DNA from: a virus
Lineage: Duplodnaviria; Caudoviricetes
Strand: one strand, 5' to 3'
Length of the DNA stretch: 64,000 bases
Virus record (IMG/VR): IMGVR_UViG_3300030333_001969
Coordinates: 1,761-65,760 of that record
Part shown: piece by piece, positions 61,297 to 64,000 of the stretch
Position numbering within the stretch: the stretch's first letter is position 1
Layout of the letters: each line of letters starts with the position of its first letter
Program-made: the position numbers and the translations under genes
The notes under the pieces: generated by a model
The model's input: only the letters and a program-made list of their open reading frames with translations
Database searches by the model: none
Told to the model about the DNA's origin: nothing

Positions 61297-61640
61297 AGTT
61301 CCATTATTACCATATGGTAGGGCATAAAATATTAATTGAAGCATTAATCGCTTCTGTTAAACGAAAAGTTTCGGAAGCCGTCCCTTGTGAATCGAAAAAG
61401 GGTTCACCCGTGACCCCTCCGGCATTTTTCTTATTTCTCGTTTTTCTAAAACGTGAGAATAACGTTAACCAACCTCGTAGAAAACGGCTTGTTTTTCCTT
61501 CTCGACTCTTCAGACCCCTGAAAAACGCTATCATTACCATATGGTTCTGCTTTGCACGGAACCTCTTATATATCCGATTACTCTCCCAAGAATGCCCCCG
61601 AAACTTGGGCACGAAAGAAAATACACATAGGTGATAAAAG

Positions 61641-62150
61641 ATGGAAGATATTGAGTGGGATTCAGTAAAGATAAAAGTAAGCACTATGCTTGAAGGTAAC
61701 GCAGAAGTTGGAGACATTCCAGAAGACGTTGTTACTCTTGCACAGATGCTAATAACGACAGGCGACAATAACGCTTCTACGCGTGATTCGCTGACTAACA
61801 GCATTAAGGATATGCTAAAGCCATACGCTGGTTATCCTTGGAAGAGAGGGAATCAGGGCATTCTACCTGCTGCGGCTCGCGCAGTTGTAGATTCTGCTAC
61901 TGATAACATCCGAGAGGCAGCAAGAGAGTTCTTTAACTCTACTTCGCAGTATTCTCAGCCCCTTCTCCGAAAGCACGGTAAGAGCAAGGGTTCCCCTGTT
62001 TACGCTGATGCTGACGAGTATGCAAACGAACTTGCTTCAAAGGCACGAAAGGCTGCAACACAACTGTTCAAGGACGGTGAGTGGGACGGCTCTCTATCGG
62101 GTCTTGCTGCTTGTGCGTCTTATGACGACATAACCACGGAGGATGAGTAA
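61641..62150 (+). CDS. Hypothetical protein, paralog of 58940-59488
   Basis: AGGTGA RBS, upstream TTATATAT box, shared motifs RKHGKSKG and WDGS. Confidence 0.8.
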   Translation: MEDIEWDSVKIKVSTMLEGNAEVGDIPEDVVTLAQMLITTGDNNASTRDSLTNSIKDMLKPYAGYPWKRGNQGILPAAARAVVDSATDNIREAAREFFNSTSQYSQPLLRKHGKSKGSPVYADADEYANELASKARKAATQLFKDGEWDGSLSGLAACASYDDITTEDE

Positions 62151-62190
62151 TTCTTCCTTCGTTAACCTAAGTTTCGGGGTGCAATCTACC

Positions 62191-62246
62191 GAGGGGGAAT
62201 AGGGTCTTTAATGGCCTTATTCCCTCTCAACTTTCTTCAGGTTTTT
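62191..62246 (+). terminator. Hairpin plus T-rich tract after the 61641 gene
   Basis: GAGGGGGAATAGGG...CCTTATTCCCTCTC followed by T-rich sequence. Confidence 0.5.
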
Positions 62247-62479
62247 GCTGGAAGCAAAGCCCAGTTAAAACCATATGGTAGTGTTTGGCTTCTTAACGGA
62301 AGGGGGCCGCGAGGGGTTCCGCACCGTTTATATATTCTCACGGAAGGGTATGAGTGCTTTCGACATTGGCAATTTATTGACGCAGAAAGAACGTAATCCG
62401 ACTAATGCAGTATATCAATAGTCTGATATTTATGGTGTAATAAATTACCGCCGTTAACAGGCACATGAATTAATAGTTA

Positions 62480-62865
62480 GAGATGCTTGCTTATATGATA
62501 TTCATATGCATTATGTATATACATATCTATATGCCATATCCTATATGATATGATAAGGCTCCCAATTTCTACAACTCAGCCCCACAAAAGTGGGCATGAT
62601 ATGTCATCTTTCTATCTTTCTAATAGGGGTAGAATAATGAAGTGGGCATGATGTGTAAGGAAATGGGTGATAAGTAGATATATAATATATTATTATATTA
62701 TTATTATTATTATACTCTCTTACTACTCCTTCCTTCCTTCCTTCCTTCTTGGCAGGGGGGTGGAAAAATGAGAAAAATAGAAAGATGCTAGAAGTAGACA
62801 TATTATGTTATCTTTATGGGAATTTGTGATAATATTATATTTCTATCGAAAGTAGAAAGATGGGA
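62480..62865. other. AT-rich, repeat-rich intergenic region; candidate replication origin
   Basis: (TAT)n tract at about 62685-62713, (TTCC)n at about 62727-62748, AAGTGGGCATGAT twice, several TAGAAAGA/AAGTAGA copies in both orientations. Confidence 0.35.
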
Positions 62866-62901
62866 GAAAGATGTCGAAGGCATTGTTTAACAAGTGATTA
62901 T

Positions 62902-63540
62902 ATGAGAACAGTTTGGACAAAAGCAGATGTAAAGAAGTTAGTTCGTTTATGGAAGAAAGGAACTAAGATTAAGGAAATTCACAAGGAGTTTCCCAATAGA
63001 ACCGCAGGTTCAGTAACAAATAAGATTTATGCGTTACAAAGAAGCGGTGAATTAGTGAGCCGTCATAAAGATGGTTCAAACCCACCAAAGAAAACTAAGT
63101 CTACAAAGACAGGAAAGCCCCTTAGTGAAGATAAGTATCCCCCTTGGAAAAAGACACCTTATGATTCACACGAAGATATTATTCCTAAAGATTGGATTAA
63201 AAATCCGTGGGGAGACAAGTATCCTGTAAAGAAAGTGCAAGATAATTTGGAGAAGATGGCAAAGGCTTCCAAGAGTTGGGGAGAATCTGGAGATGCAATC
63301 GTGTCTATGATAGAAGAAATCAAGGAATTTTTGCTGTCCAAGAATACACAGTATGGAGATAGTGCGCTAAATCCAATACGAGTGTTCTCAAAAGCAGATA
63401 AATCTGAGCAGTTGAAGGTCAGAATAGACGATAAGTTAAATAGACTGATGCAAGGAAACGCATCACTAGAGTCTGATGAAGACGTTGTAAAGGATTTGAT
63501 AGGTTATTTAATTCTATTATTAATTCATTTACGAGAATAA
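62902..63540 (+). CDS. Myb/GcrA-like HTH fused to a DUF1599 (nucleotide-modification-associated, MazG-like) domain
   Basis: WT..D...L..LWKKG....EI...FPNRT..SV..K HTH; C-terminal KN..YGDS...VRIDDKLNRL....EDVVKDLIGY. Confidence 0.65.
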   Translation: MRTVWTKADVKKLVRLWKKGTKIKEIHKEFPNRTAGSVTNKIYALQRSGELVSRHKDGSNPPKKTKSTKTGKPLSEDKYPPWKKTPYDSHEDIIPKDWIKNPWGDKYPVKKVQDNLEKMAKASKSWGESGDAIVSMIEEIKEFLLSKNTQYGDSALNPIRVFSKADKSEQLKVRIDDKLNRLMQGNASLESDEDVVKDLIGYLILLLIHLRE

Positions 63541-64000
63541 GACTCCAACAACCCTAGTCAGGTAAAGTAGGTTTGCTCAAATAAAAACCATGAACACCAT
63601 TTTTAAAACCTCCAGAGCATAGGTTACATTCATAGTAAATCTAATGGTTCCTACAATAACAAATTCCAAGGCATGAGATGTATAATTTTAGTAATATGTC
63701 CCGATGATTGAAACAGCAGATAAGGAGAGAAGAGATTTTTGAATTTGGGTGCTGGACTGATACATTCTAATTATACTAAAACTGCCGTAGTGCAGGGACA
63801 TAGCGGTTTCAAGACCGTGAAGAGGCTAGACCTCACAAATAATAAACAAACGGCAACCTAGGCCGAAGATGGGAAAACTAGGCTAAAAACAATAAAAGAG
63901 GCTCAATTCTCGCGAGTTGTGTTAGTGGTTTTACTACAATTAATAAAAGAAGAACAAAGTCCAATGCTGGGACGTTTCATTGATTCGGTGTAGTTGTTAG

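Larger units (their letters stand above)
56962..62279. repeat. Dispersed array of the palindrome ACCATATGGT (10 perfect and 2 variant copies)
   Basis: Perfect copies start at 57444, 58884, 59585, 60042, 60382, 60691, 61011, 61309, 61536 and 62270; variants at 56962 (AGCATATGGT) and 57106 (TCCATATGGT). Confidence 0.95.

Noticed and set aside
61307-61804. ORFs 61307-61804 (-) and 61314-61634 (+)
   Set aside because: One is antisense to the real 61641 gene; the other starts at the ATG inside the palindrome with no RBS and spans a promoter. Neither has protein-like features.
56962-62279. CRISPR or TIGR array interpretation of the repeats
   Set aside because: The repeat is only 10 bp, spacing is 140-1440 bp and irregular, intervals are self-complementary hairpins, and no cas or Nop-domain gene is visible.
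57444-62279. IS/MITE or integron assignment for the cassettes
   Set aside because: No transposase or integrase in the window, no target-site duplications distinct from the shared palindrome, and no attC RYYYAAC/GTTRRRY organisation seen.
62211-62801. ORFs 62211-62396 (+) and 62604-62801 (-)
   Set aside because: They cross a terminator/palindrome or low-complexity repeats (poly-N/I translation).

Overview
This window is a 64-kb segment of a large, AT-rich tailed dsDNA virus (Caudoviricetes). Archaeal-type GGTGA/GGAGG ribosome-binding sites, TATA-like promoters and an ATP-dependent ligase inside the head module suggest a marine archaeal virus of the magrovirus (Poseidoniales-infecting) type; this is inferred, not searched. 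Positions 1-56.6 kb form one minus-strand late block. In transcription order it holds about 25 small accessory ORFs, terminase large subunit, a LAGLIDADG-domain protein, portal, DNA ligase, prohead protease/scaffold, major capsid protein, an Arf-like small-GTPase/membrane-protein cluster, neck and tail genes (including a G-GGA-AAC -1 frameshift chaperone), tape measure, tail tip and a tail fibre that runs off the left edge. Three things stand out. (1) A largely non-coding region at 56.9-62.3 kb is punctuated by 12 copies of the palindrome ACCATATGGT and contains about 11 sequence-divergent but structurally conserved long hairpins with an RCCTAAGYG apical motif, plus palindrome-bounded gene cassettes encoding two paralogous unknown proteins. 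(2) About 24 unrelated proteins share an N-terminal W-x-x-(I/L/V)-(I/L/V)-K tag that resembles the scaffold C-terminus, a candidate capsid-targeting/protease-cleavage signal. (3) A complete Arf/Sar1-like small GTPase sits among membrane proteins. All calls come from reading the sequence only.
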